A stretch of 64,000 nt of DNA from Alphaproteobacteria bacterium. GTDB lineage: Bacteria; Pseudomonadota; Alphaproteobacteria; Thalassobaculales; Thalassobaculaceae. This document shows, one piece after another, positions 36,429 to 45,814 of the stretch (positions within the stretch are counted from its first letter, which is position 1; each line of letters begins with the position of its first letter). The DNA is taken from positions 2,487 through 66,486 of the forward strand of contig JABMNR010000089.1 in assembly GCA_013203465.1 (NCBI GenBank), written 5' to 3'. The notes under the pieces are model-generated. The model searched no databases and was not told the origin of the DNA. It saw nothing but the letters and a program-made list of their open reading frames with translations. Both the position numbers and the translations under genes were made by a program.

Positions 36429-37463
36429 ATGACGACGAGACGAAATTTCCTGAAGGGCGCGGCCGTCGCCGCACCCGCCGTTGCACTGGCCTCGCCGGCG
36501 ATCGCGCAGTCGACGATCAAATGGCGCATGCAGACCTATGCCGGTCCAGCGCTGGCCGAGCACGTGGTCAAACCGGCGATCGACATGTTCAACAAAATCG
36601 CGGGCGACCGCATGCAGATAGAGCTGTTCTTCGCCGACCAACTCGTGCCCACGGGCGAACTATTCCGCGCCATGCAACGCGGCACCATCGACGCGGTTCA
36701 GTCCGACGACGACAGTATGGCGTCGCCGACCGAAGTCACCGTGTTCGGTGGCTACTTTCCATTCGCATCACGCTATTCGTTGGACGTACCGGTGTTGTTC
36801 AACCAGTACGGCCTGAGCGAGATCTGGGACGAGGAGTACTCCAAGGTCGGCGTGAAGCACATCTCCGCCGGCGCCTGGGATCCGTGCCACTTCGCGACCA
36901 AGGATCCCATCCGCTCGCTTAAGGATCTGGAAGGCAAGCGCGTCTTCACTTTCCCGACCGCCGGGCGGTTTCTCACCCAGTTCGGCGTGGTACCGGTCAC
37001 CCTGCCGTGGGAAGACATCGAGGTCGCGGTTCAGACCGGAGAGCTCGACGGCATCGCTTGGTCTGGGATCACCGAGGATTACACCGTTGGTTGGGCGGAT
37101 GTGACCAACTACTTCCTGACCAACAACATCTCGGGCGCTTGGGCCGGCTCATTCTTCACCAACATGGAACGTTGGAATTCTCTGCCGGAAGACCTCCAGA
37201 CCTTGTTTCGGGTGTGCTGTGATCAATCCCACTATTACCGCCAGTGGTGGTACTGGGGCGGCGAGGCAAGCCTGCGCGTCAACGGTACCAAGATGGAACT
37301 GACTTCCATCCCCGATGCCGAATGGGCCAAGGTCGAAGCCGCCGCCCAAAAATTCTGGGACGAAATCGCCGCTGAATCCGCGACCAAGGCGAAGGTCGTC
37401 AACATCTTCAAGAAGTACAACGCCGACATGCAGAAAGCGGGTCGACCCTACCGTTACGGCTGA
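36429..37463 (+). CDS. TRAP transporter periplasmic solute-binding protein with Tat signal (COG4663-like)
   Basis: Track ORF 36333..37463. ATG 36429 (MTTRRNFLKGAAVAAPAVALASPAIAQ) gives a twin-arginine signal. Gene order is Q-M-P. Confidence 0.85.
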   Translation: MTTRRNFLKGAAVAAPAVALASPAIAQSTIKWRMQTYAGPALAEHVVKPAIDMFNKIAGDRMQIELFFADQLVPTGELFRAMQRGTIDAVQSDDDSMASPTEVTVFGGYFPFASRYSLDVPVLFNQYGLSEIWDEEYSKVGVKHISAGAWDPCHFATKDPIRSLKDLEGKRVFTFPTAGRFLTQFGVVPVTLPWEDIEVAVQTGELDGIAWSGITEDYTVGWADVTNYFLTNNISGAWAGSFFTNMERWNSLPEDLQTLFRVCCDQSHYYRQWWYWGGEASLRVNGTKMELTSIPDAEWAKVEAAAQKFWDEIAAESATKAKVVNIFKKYNADMQKAGRPYRYG

Positions 37464-37483
37464 CGGCGACCACTCCGGCGTGT

Positions 37484-37505
37484 CCAGGCACGCCGGAACC
37501 CTCCC
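37484..37505 (+). terminator. stem-loop downstream of the TRAP operon
   Basis: CCGGCGTG-tccagg-CACGCCGG is a perfect 8-bp stem 21 nt after the stop. No U-tract follows, so termination function is uncertain. Confidence 0.35.
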
Positions 37506-37673
37506 AGTATTCCGGTCGGGATTTTAGCACTGCCCAATGTTTTGAGTTTCGAACCCTTGAAGGCGAAGGTCGCCGCTGGGGCGGTGGATACCGTTCGGCC
37601 CGTTTGGTCGACGTGCGGGGCCGCTTGTTGGGAAAGCGATGCCACGTGGTGCAATCGATCACCACCAGAACGG

Positions 37674-37687
37674 TTGCGCGAGATCAA
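37674..37687. promoter_or_regulatory. FixK/FNR-type box variant TTGCG-N4-ATCAA
   Basis: Read directly, about 90 nt upstream of the usp start at 37776. Matches the TTG-N8-CAA core with one canonical half-site. Confidence 0.4.
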
Positions 37688-37775
37688 TGCATCGTCGGTG
37701 TTCTGTTCATAGTTTTCTCCAGCACAGGCGCTCCGACCGGGAGCAGCCGACAATCAATGGCTTGGGAGAAGGTTC

Positions 37776-38231
37776 ATGGATATCAACGTCATTCTACATC
37801 CGACAGACGGCTCGTCCGCTGCGAAGAAAGCGCTTGATCTCGCATGCGATCTGGCCCGTGACCATCAGGCGCGGCTGGTCCTGCTGCACGCGCAACGCCA
37901 CACCGGCAGCAGCGCGGTACCCGAGGAGCTTGAGCAATTCGAGAAACTTGAACACTACCGGGTCACCGAGGCGGATCTTCTGGCCGAGGCGGCACGCTCA
38001 GTGTTGCAAATCGCCAAGGACGACGCGGGGAACCGCGGCCTTACCGACATCGAAACCATGGTCGTGATCGGTGATCCAGCCCGTGCCATCGTCGAAGCGG
38101 CGACCAAGAAAAAAGCCGACCTGATCGTCATCGGCAGCCGCGGGCTCGGCGATCTTCAAGGCCTCCTACTCGGCAGCGTGTCGCACAAGGTCGCCCAGTC
38201 AGCGTCATGCAGCTGCGTGGTCGTGCGTTGA
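37776..38231 (+). CDS. universal stress protein (single UspA domain)
   Basis: 151 aa. ILHPTDGS start, C-terminal ADLIVIGSRGLG...GSVSHKV ATP-binding motif. Confidence 0.9.
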   Translation: MDINVILHPTDGSSAAKKALDLACDLARDHQARLVLLHAQRHTGSSAVPEELEQFEKLEHYRVTEADLLAEAARSVLQIAKDDAGNRGLTDIETMVVIGDPARAIVEAATKKKADLIVIGSRGLGDLQGLLLGSVSHKVAQSASCSCVVVR

Positions 38232-38353
38232 TGCCGGGCATCGTGCCGGTGGATGTTTACCACGTGTAGGGACCTCAATCGGCGTTATGCCGATGGTATC
38301 GCAGGTTGACGCCCAGGCGAGAGGCTTGGACACAACAGCGTGCCAACGCCTTC

Positions 38354-38367
38354 TTGACGTGGGTCAA
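38354..38367. promoter_or_regulatory. FixK/FNR-type box TTGAC-N4-GTCAA (perfect inverted repeat)
   Basis: Read directly (cTTGACgtggGTCAAg), about 100 nt upstream of the tandem-USP start at 38464. Confidence 0.5.
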
Positions 38368-38399
38368 GGTCAACCGACGCGGCGCCCCGATGATGGGTG

Positions 38400-38427
38400 G
38401 TTGACTGGTCACGCCGTTGACTGGTCA
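38400..38427. repeat. direct repeat GTTGACTGGTCA x2 (16-nt period)
   Basis: Copies at 38400-38411 and 38416-38427 are identical. Each contains TGAC-TG-GTCA. Located between the FixK-type box and the tandem-USP start. Confidence 0.6.
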
Positions 38428-38463
38428 AGTCGGATCGTGCCGCGGGGTGAGGAGCGATGGATC

Positions 38464-39303
38464 ATGTCCTATAAGACGCTTGTTACGCATTGGGACGGGG
38501 CCGAACTCGCCACGCATCGGCTCGATCTGGCGGTCAATTTGGCCACTCGGTTCGACAGCCATGTCATTGCGGTGTGTTTCGGGATTCTGCCGCCGCCTCC
38601 AGCCTACAGCTACGGCGGCGCCATCACGGGTTTGACCACGGAGGAGATCGAGGAGGCTCAAACCCACGCCAGCGCGCTGGCCGACAAGGCACGGGAATCA
38701 CTCGATCGATCCAGTAACCATGGTGAGACGCAACCGGTGATCTGCGGCCTCGACGGATTGGCGGCGAACTTCGGAGCTCGCGCACGTTATGCCGATCTGG
38801 CCATTGTCGGACAGCCCTATGGCGGGCCAGACGAGGACGTACTTGTACGGGTGGTCGAAGGCGCGTTGTTCGACGGCTGTGCCGCGACCCTGGTGTGCCC
38901 CAATCGGGTGGTGAACTCGGTTGGCGAGAGTATACTGATCGCCTGGAACGGCAGCCCGGAAGCATTGCGGGCGGTGCGTAGCGCCCTGCCGTTTCTTTAC
39001 GACGGCAAGCGGATCGAGCTGCTGCTGGTCGACCCTATTGTCGGGCCGATCGACTACGGCGAGGAACCCGGCACCCAAGTCGCATTGATGCTCGCGCGCC
39101 GGGGCTTGAAGGTCGATGTAACGCGGTTGCCGGATCTTGGTAAGCGCACCAGCACGGTCATTCGCGAGCACGCGGGGAACACCGGCGCGGACTTGCTGGT
39201 CATGGGCGCCTATGGGCACTCGCGCTTTCAGGAGTTCGTCCTTGGTGGCGTGACCCGAGGCATTCTGGAGAATGTTCCCATTCCCGTCCTGATGTCCCAC
39301 TGA
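38464..39303 (+). CDS. tandem universal stress protein (two UspA domains)
   Basis: Track ORF 38287..39303. ATG 38464 has GAGGAG upstream. The second domain ends ADLLVMGAYGHSRFQEFVLGGVTRGIL. Confidence 0.85.
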   Translation: MSYKTLVTHWDGAELATHRLDLAVNLATRFDSHVIAVCFGILPPPPAYSYGGAITGLTTEEIEEAQTHASALADKARESLDRSSNHGETQPVICGLDGLAANFGARARYADLAIVGQPYGGPDEDVLVRVVEGALFDGCAATLVCPNRVVNSVGESILIAWNGSPEALRAVRSALPFLYDGKRIELLLVDPIVGPIDYGEEPGTQVALMLARRGLKVDVTRLPDLGKRTSTVIREHAGNTGADLLVMGAYGHSRFQEFVLGGVTRGILENVPIPVLMSH

Positions 39304-39368
39304 CCCCATGCGACGCGACCGCGACCGAGAGCGCGAACCACCGCCGCACCTCCCCGCCGGCATCTGCC

Positions 39369-40058
39369 ATGCTTGAGAAGGGATATAGGTCGACGGCGGC
39401 GACGAACCGGCCAGTGAATTTCCGACGCAATCGGTCGCTGCAACTGATCGCCATCGTTTATTTCTGCGTCTGGTTGCTCACGGCGCTCACGGCACGTGAT
39501 TGGTTTGACTGGATTCTTGAAAATATTTTAGTTTTCATATTTATGATTTGTATTATTTTTTCATATCACAAATTACCATTGTCAAATTTGTCATATTTAT
39601 TATTAGCCATCTTTATGAGCTTTCATGCGGTGGGGTCGAACGCCACCTATTCGGAATCGCTTCCCGGGTTGTGGATGCAGCAGGTGTTCGACTGGGAACG
39701 CAATCACTATGATCGGGTCGTCCATTTCTTGTTCGGGTTGCTGTTCGCCTACCCCCTGCGTGAGCTATTGACGCATGGCGCCGGCATCATTGGACGATGG
39801 TGCCCGGTCCTGTGCGTGACCATGGTCTTGGGCTTGTCGAATCTCTACGAGATCATCGAGTGGGGGGCCGCCGAGATCATCGATCCGGAGGCGGGCATCG
39901 CGTTCCTTGGAACCCAGGGGGATGTGTTCGACGCCCAGAAGGACAGCGGGCTTGCATTCGTCGGCGTCATACTCGGCCTGGCTTTGTCCGCGCTGCTCGA
40001 TCGCCTTCGCCCGGTGGTCTCCGCGAGCGGTGCCGCGGACGTCACCGGCAAACCCTGA
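39369..40058 (+). CDS. inner-membrane protein (DUF2238 / YjdF-like)
   Basis: 229 aa, polytopic. [19 protein letters not shown] resembles the DUF2238 signature as I recall it. Contains a striking AT-rich patch (see findings). Confidence 0.55.
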   Translation: MLEKGYRSTAATNRPVNFRRNRSLQLIAIVYFCVWLLTALTARDWFDWILENILVFIFMICIIFSYHKLPLSNLSYLLLAIFMSFHAVGSNATYSESLPGLWMQQVFDWERNHYDRVVHFLFGLLFAYPLRELLTHGAGIIGRWCPVLCVTMVLGLSNLYEIIEWGAAEIIDPEAGIAFLGTQGDVFDAQKDSGLAFVGVILGLALSALLDRLRPVVSASGAADVTGKP

Positions 40059-40108
40059 CCTGGATCAAGGCCACCGCCACTGGGAGACGGCTAGCCTACG
40101 GATCGTCG

Positions 40109-41872
40109 ATGGGAACAGCTGATGGACGGGCCCGACGGATGGGTGGATCGAACGACACGTTGGTTGGCCCTGGTGATAATACACCACCGCTCACCTCGAG
40201 TTATGTGCATGGCGTCAGCCTGACCCCATTATCGGGGCTGACCATCGACCAATCGCTCGCTGATACGGTTGCCCGGTATCCCGATCACGAGGCCCTGGTG
40301 GTCCGGCACCAAGCTATTCGCTGGACCTACGCTGAACTCAAGGAGCGGGTCGAGGTTCTGGCCAGGGGGTTGCTCGCGCTTGGGCTGGAGCCCCGAGATC
40401 GCCTCGGGATTCTATCTCCGAACAATGCCGAATGGATCTTGGTGCAGTTCGCGACCGCGCGGATCGGCGTCATCCTCGTCAACATCAACCCGGCCTACCG
40501 CCTGCCGGAGCTTGAATACGCGCTCAACAAGGTCGGATGCAAAGCGTTGGTTCTCGCTCCGAGCTTCAAGCAAAGCGACTACACCGCGATGCTCCGTGAG
40601 TTGGCGCCGGAGCTGGATGGCGCGGCACCTGGCGGGCTCGCGGCGGAACGCCTGCCGGATCTGCGTTGGGTAATCACTCTCGGCGATCGTGCGCCCAAGG
40701 GCATGCTGACGTTCGACGATATCGTGAACCAAGGCCATGGTGTCGATCCCGCGCGGGCGGAGCGGATCGCGGCCCAGCTGCAATTCGACGATCCGATCAA
40801 CATCCAGTTCACCTCCGGCACCACCGGAACGCCGAAGGCGACGACGCTGACCCACCACAACATCGTCAACAACGCCTATTTCGTCGGCGAGGCGATGGCG
40901 CTGAGCGAGCGTGACCGGCTCTGTATTCCGGTGCCAATGTACCACTGTTTCGGGATGGTGCTTGGCGCCTTGGTGTGCACCTCCCACGGCGCGGCGATGA
41001 TCTTTCCCTCGGCCGGGTTCGACGCCGGTGCCACGCTTGAGACCATCGAGGCGGAGCGCTGTACGGCACTGCATGGCGTGCCAACGATGTTCATCGCCGA
41101 GCTCGAACATCCGAGTTTCAAATCCCGCGATCTGTCGTCGTTGAGAACCGGCATTATCGCCGGCGCACCCTGCCCGGTGGTGTTGATGAGGCGCCTGATC
41201 ACCGAGATGAACCTGTCCGAGATCACCATCGCCTACGGCATGACCGAAACCGGCCCGGTGAGCTTCGAGACCTCGGTGCACGACACCATCGAGCGCAAGG
41301 TCGAAACCGTGGGCCGCGTCCTGCCGCACATCGAGGTCAAGATCGTCGACGAACAAGGCCGCATCGTGCCGCCGGGAACGCCGGGCGAGCTGTTGACCCG
41401 AGGCTACAGCGTCATGCCCAACTATTGGGGCGACCCCGAGAAAACCGCCTCGGCGATCAATGCCGCCCACTGGATTGCCTCGGGCGACATTGCCGTGCTC
41501 GACCCCCAGGGCTACTGCCAGATCGTCGGCCGGCTAAAGGACATGCTGATCCGTGGCGGCGAGAACATCTTTCCGCGCGAGATCGAGGAGCTGTTGCATA
41601 CCCACCCGAAGATCGAGGACGTCCAGGTGATCGGCGTACCCGATCCCAAATACGGCGAGGAAGTCTGCGCCTGGGTCAAGCTGCGCGAGGGTGAGAGTGC
41701 CAGCGCCGAGGACATACGCGCCTTCTGTCAGGGGAAGATGGCGCATTTCAAAATTCCGCGGTACGTGAAGTTCGTCGACGCCTTCCCGATGACGATCACG
41801 GGCAAGGTCCAGAAATTCGTCATGCGTCGCATGATGGCCGAAGAGCTCACCGCCTCCGAGACACCGGATTAA
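40109..41872 (+). CDS. AMP-binding acyl-CoA synthetase (ACSF2 / medium-chain fatty-acid-CoA ligase-like)
   Basis: Track ORF 39797..41872. Start moved to the first in-frame ATG after the upstream gene. [14 protein letters not shown] motif, [25 protein letters not shown]. Confidence 0.85.
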   Translation: MGTADGRARRMGGSNDTLVGPGDNTPPLTSSYVHGVSLTPLSGLTIDQSLADTVARYPDHEALVVRHQAIRWTYAELKERVEVLARGLLALGLEPRDRLGILSPNNAEWILVQFATARIGVILVNINPAYRLPELEYALNKVGCKALVLAPSFKQSDYTAMLRELAPELDGAAPGGLAAERLPDLRWVITLGDRAPKGMLTFDDIVNQGHGVDPARAERIAAQLQFDDPINIQFTSGTTGTPKATTLTHHNIVNNAYFVGEAMALSERDRLCIPVPMYHCFGMVLGALVCTSHGAAMIFPSAGFDAGATLETIEAERCTALHGVPTMFIAELEHPSFKSRDLSSLRTGIIAGAPCPVVLMRRLITEMNLSEITIAYGMTETGPVSFETSVHDTIERKVETVGRVLPHIEVKIVDEQGRIVPPGTPGELLTRGYSVMPNYWGDPEKTASAINAAHWIASGDIAVLDPQGYCQIVGRLKDMLIRGGENIFPREIEELLHTHPKIEDVQVIGVPDPKYGEEVCAWVKLREGESASAEDIRAFCQGKMAHFKIPRYVKFVDAFPMTITGKVQKFVMRRMMAEELTASETPD

Positions 41873-41884
41873 GGGAGCCCCACT

Positions 41885-43087
41885 ATGCCTTGCCCCGTGA
41901 TCGCGTCCCACACCCGTCGCAAGCGCATCGCCAGCCGGGTCGCCGACATCGAGGTTTCCGCGATCAAGCAAATGGCCATGCGCGGCGGCAAGGTCGAGGA
42001 TGTCGCCGCGCTGACCTGGGGCGTGCCGTCGTTCCGGACACCGGTGTCGATCCGACAGGCCGTCGCGCGGGCGTTGGAGCACGACCCCGATATCGGAAAA
42101 TACGCGCTGCCCGATGGTCTGCCAGCGCTGCGGCACGCGGTCTCGGCGCACCACGAAGCCATAACCGGCCTTCGGCCCGACCCGGACCGGAATGTGATGA
42201 TCACCGCCGGCAACATCCAGGGTCTGAATTCGCTGTTTCATGTCCTGCTGGAGTCAGGCGACGAAGTCATCGTCACCGACCCGGGGTTTGCCTCGCATCT
42301 TCAACAGATCCGGCTCTGCGGCGGCGTTCCGGTGTTCTGGCCGATGGACGAGGCGAAAGGATGGCGCCTCGATCTCGACCGTCTGGCCGATCTCGTCACG
42401 GAGCGTACCAAGGCGATCCTGCTGGTCAACCCGTCAAATCCGACCGGCACGCTGTTCTCGGAGACCGAACTGCGCCGGATCGGTACCCTTGCCCGGGCGG
42501 AAGATTTGATGATCTTGCTGGACGATCCGTACTCGTCGTTCCTCTACGAGAACCGGGATCGGTTTTTCCATCTGGCCTCGGTTCCGGGACTCCACGATCA
42601 CCTGGTTTATCTGTTCACCTTCTCGAAATGTCACGCCATGAGCGGCTGGCGGCTCGGCTACATGGTCGTGCCGAAGAGCCTGAAGCGCGAGGTGCTGAAG
42701 GTGCATGACGCGACCATCATTTGCGCGCCGCGCATCTCACAGGTAGCCGGGCTCGCCGCGTTGACGGAGCCGTCGGATCATCTGGCCGAGTTCGAAAGCG
42801 TTCTGGTGCGGCGGCGGGAGCTGATCTGCGCCCGGCTCGACACCCTCGACCATGTCTTTGCCTACACCAAACCGGAAGGGGCGTATTACGTGTTTCCCCG
42901 AATCATCGCGTCGCACGAGAATTCCTGGGAATTCGCGCTACGTCTGCTGGATGAGGCAAGGGTCACCGTGACACCGGGCATCGCGTTCGGCCCCAGCGGC
43001 GAACATCACGTGCGCATGGCGTTCTGCGTCGACGACGCGGCGATCAGCACTGCGTTCGATCGTATGGAGTTGCTGTTTCCGCGTTGA
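41885..43087 (+). CDS. class I/II pyridoxal-phosphate aminotransferase
   Basis: 400 aa. NPSNPTG and the PLP-lysine motif FSKCHAMSGWRLGY, VRMAF near the C-terminus. Confidence 0.85.
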   Translation: MPCPVIASHTRRKRIASRVADIEVSAIKQMAMRGGKVEDVAALTWGVPSFRTPVSIRQAVARALEHDPDIGKYALPDGLPALRHAVSAHHEAITGLRPDPDRNVMITAGNIQGLNSLFHVLLESGDEVIVTDPGFASHLQQIRLCGGVPVFWPMDEAKGWRLDLDRLADLVTERTKAILLVNPSNPTGTLFSETELRRIGTLARAEDLMILLDDPYSSFLYENRDRFFHLASVPGLHDHLVYLFTFSKCHAMSGWRLGYMVVPKSLKREVLKVHDATIICAPRISQVAGLAALTEPSDHLAEFESVLVRRRELICARLDTLDHVFAYTKPEGAYYVFPRIIASHENSWEFALRLLDEARVTVTPGIAFGPSGEHHVRMAFCVDDAAISTAFDRMELLFPR

Positions 43088-43117
43088 GGCGGCCGGCGGC
43101 CAGCCTATTGCCCCGGC

Positions 43118-43570
43118 CTATTGCCATAGATGTCCATGGATCGTTGCCGCCAATTCGCGCTCCGGCAACTTCGTCAAGTCCTTGGCGATCTCATGGGTGA
43201 CGCACGACTTCACCGTCGGTGACAGACAGTCTCGCAAATCCCCAAGAAACGACGGTGGCGCGACGATAACGAGCTGATCGTAGCGGCCAGCGGTGTCCTT
43301 CTCATGCTTGAGCAGCCGCGCGATCTCATGCGCGAATACCTGCTTGGCATGGCGATGCGGGTCGGTTTTCGGCTCCTTAGCGTGACGGCCCGCGCCGTCG
43401 CTGTCGAACGTTCGCCCAGGGCGGTCGGCATCGATGTCATGGCTTGGCCGGTGGTCTGTGACCAGATCCTGGTCGAGGACCGCCGCCAATGATTTGCCGT
43501 TGTCCGTTGTCTCGAACACGCGACTACGCGCCGCATCGGCGACGACAACCCATGTCACAGGCTTTCCCAT
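43118..43570 (-). CDS. host-attachment-protein-family protein (PF10116-like)
   Basis: Track ORF 43118..43684. ATG 43570 has AGGAG upstream. WVVVADAARSRVFE...DRPGRTFDS...HAKEPKTDPH...LVIVAPPSFLGDLR pattern. Confidence 0.7.
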   Translation of the reverse strand: MGKPVTWVVVADAARSRVFETTDNGKSLAAVLDQDLVTDHRPSHDIDADRPGRTFDSDGAGRHAKEPKTDPHRHAKQVFAHEIARLLKHEKDTAGRYDQLVIVAPPSFLGDLRDCLSPTVKSCVTHEIAKDLTKLPERELAATIHGHLWQ

Positions 43571-43704
43571 TCTCGTACTCCTGGCAACTGGCGGTCTAAG
43601 ATGACCGCCCGTTATTCCTAGCGAAATCGGGTCGATCTGGATTTGATGTAGCTCACAGCCGCCAGCCTCGAACCGACGCCACAATTAGCAAAGCTCACTA
43701 GGCG

Positions 43705-44841
43705 ATGGAGCGCGCGATGGTTCCCCCAACCGACAGCAAGGCGAACGACGCTGAACAGTCCATCGGCAACGTACAGCTGGATGTGCATTTGCGCATTCGC
43801 CGGATCGGATACATCGACGCGACGGGCAAAGTGCACGGAGCCTTACCGGAATTTGCTGATACCCAGGAGTTGATCCGTCTGTACCGCGCGATGGTTCTAA
43901 CCCGTGTTTTCGACGAGAAAGCCATCGCGCTTCAGCGCACGGGACGCCTGGGAACCTATGCGTCTTCGCTGGGACAGGAAGCCACACCGGTCGGCGTGGC
44001 GGCGGCGATGCGTTCCGACGATGTTCTACTTCCGTCATTTCGCGAGCATGGCGCACAGCTGTGGCGCGGTGTGAGCACCGAGGAGTTGTTGTTGTTCTGG
44101 GGCGGTGACGAGCGTGGCAACGACTTCAAGGGCCCGCGCGAGGATTTCCCGGTCAGTGTCCCTGTCGCCAGCCACGCGCCGCACGCCGTCGGCGTCGCCC
44201 TGGCGATGCGGCTGCGGGGCGAGGATCGCGCGGCGGTGTGCGTGTTCGGCGACGGCGCCACGTCCAAGGGCGATTTCTACGAGGCGATCAACCTTGCCGG
44301 CGTCTGGCGGCTGCCGGTGGTGTTTGTCGCCACCAACAATCAGTGGGCCATCTCGGTGCCCCGTTCGGCGCAAACCGCGGCCGAAACCCTGGCACAGAAG
44401 GCGATCGCGGCGGGGGTTGAGGGTGTGTTGGTGGACGGCAACGACGTGGTTTCGGTCCGCGCCGCCGTTGAGACCGCCTTGGCGAAGGCACGGGCTGGCG
44501 ACGGGCCAACCTTGATCGAGGCGGAAACCTACCGGCTTGGCGATCACACCACCGCCGACGACGCCAGCCGTTACCGTGACGACGCCGAGGTCAGCGCCCA
44601 TTGGAAGAGCGAGCCGCTGTCGCGGTTGCGCCAGTATCTGACCGACCAAGGGGCCTGGGATCATGACGATGAGGAGGCCCTGCTTGCCGACTGCGCCGCG
44701 CAGATGGAGGTGGCAACCGAGGCCTATCTGGCCGCCGGACCTTGGTCACCGGAAGCCATCTTCACGCATCTTTATGCCACTCTACCTGCCGACTACCGGG
44801 ATCAACTCGCCGCGCTGAAACGGGAGATGATCAATGACTGA
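43705..44841 (+). CDS. 2-oxoacid dehydrogenase E1 component alpha subunit (branched-chain type likely)
   Basis: ThDP motif GDGATSKGDFYEAINLAGVWRLPVVFVATNNQWA. Followed by E1 beta and E2. Confidence 0.85.
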   Translation: MERAMVPPTDSKANDAEQSIGNVQLDVHLRIRRIGYIDATGKVHGALPEFADTQELIRLYRAMVLTRVFDEKAIALQRTGRLGTYASSLGQEATPVGVAAAMRSDDVLLPSFREHGAQLWRGVSTEELLLFWGGDERGNDFKGPREDFPVSVPVASHAPHAVGVALAMRLRGEDRAAVCVFGDGATSKGDFYEAINLAGVWRLPVVFVATNNQWAISVPRSAQTAAETLAQKAIAAGVEGVLVDGNDVVSVRAAVETALAKARAGDGPTLIEAETYRLGDHTTADDASRYRDDAEVSAHWKSEPLSRLRQYLTDQGAWDHDDEEALLADCAAQMEVATEAYLAAGPWSPEAIFTHLYATLPADYRDQLAALKREMIND

Positions 44842-45814
44842 GCGCAGCCTCGTCGAGGCCATCAATCTGGCATTGTCGCGCGCGATGACCGAGGACGAGA
44901 GTGTTCTCGTACTCGGTGAGGATGTTGGTGTGGATGGCGGCGTGTTCCGCGCGACCGCCGGCCTGATCGACCGCTTCGGCGCCGAACGGGTGCGGGACAC
45001 ACCAATCTCGGAGGCGGTCATCGCCGGGGTGTCCGTCGGGCTCGCGGCCGCTGGGTTTCGGCCGGTGGCGGAAATCCAGTTCATGGGCTTCAGCCTGACC
45101 GTTCTGGATCAGTTGGTGAACCACGCATCGCGCCTGCGCAACAGGACGCAAGGCCGACTCACCTGCCCGATGGTGTTGCGCGCGCCCTATGGCGGCGGAA
45201 TCCATGCCTTGGAGCATCACTCCGAGAGCTTCGAGGCGTTGTTCACGCACATTCCCGGGCTGCGCGTGGTGATCCCCTCCTCGCCGCGACGCGCCTATGG
45301 CCTGTTACTGGCCGCGATCCGCGATCCCGACCCAGTGGTGTTCTTCGAGCCCAAGCGGCTCTATCGGCTGGCCCGCGAGGAGGTCGCGGACGACGGGGAG
45401 GCGTTGCCCTTGGACCAATGCGTCACCCTGCGGAATGGCAGCGATCTGACCGTCGTCACCTGGGGGGCGATGTGTCACGATACCCTGATGGCGGCGAAAA
45501 CCCTCGAAGACGAGGGAATCGAGGCCGAGGTGATCGACGTTGCCACGTTGCGGCCGTTGGATTTCGCGACAATCCTGACCTCCGTGGAAAAAACCGGCCG
45601 CTGTCTGATCGTCCACGAGGCCGTGATGACCGGAGGTTTCGGTGGGGAGATCGCCGCCCGCCTGGCGGAGCATGCCTTGATGTCCCTGCTCGCCCCGGTG
45701 AAGCGCGTGACCGCATGGGACACGGTGGTGCCCTATCCCCGGCATGAATCTCACTTCATTCCGAGTCCCGCGCGAATTGCCGCGGCGGCGCGAGAGATCA
45801 TGGAGTTCGCATGA
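44834..45814 (+). CDS. 2-oxoacid dehydrogenase E1 component beta subunit
   Basis: 326 aa transketolase-like pyrimidine-binding and C-terminal domains (DTPISEA, FEPKRLYR). 8-nt overlap with E1 alpha. Confidence 0.9.
   Translation: MTERSLVEAINLALSRAMTEDESVLVLGEDVGVDGGVFRATAGLIDRFGAERVRDTPISEAVIAGVSVGLAAAGFRPVAEIQFMGFSLTVLDQLVNHASRLRNRTQGRLTCPMVLRAPYGGGIHALEHHSESFEALFTHIPGLRVVIPSSPRRAYGLLLAAIRDPDPVVFFEPKRLYRLAREEVADDGEALPLDQCVTLRNGSDLTVVTWGAMCHDTLMAAKTLEDEGIEAEVIDVATLRPLDFATILTSVEKTGRCLIVHEAVMTGGFGGEIAARLAEHALMSLLAPVKRVTAWDTVVPYPRHESHFIPSPARIAAAAREIMEFA

Noticed and set aside
43100-43125. 13-bp tandem duplication (ccagcctattgcc / ccggcctattgcc) spanning the stop codon of the host-attachment gene
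   Set aside because: It is real in the sequence but most simply explained as a slipped-strand duplication in a 30-bp convergent spacer. I see no functional implication.
43643-43656. TTGAT-gtag-CTCAC in the spacer between the host-attachment gene and the E1 alpha gene, considered as a FixK/CRP box
   Set aside because: It has two mismatches in the right half-site (8 of 10). At this stringency random matches are expected in a 64-kb window.
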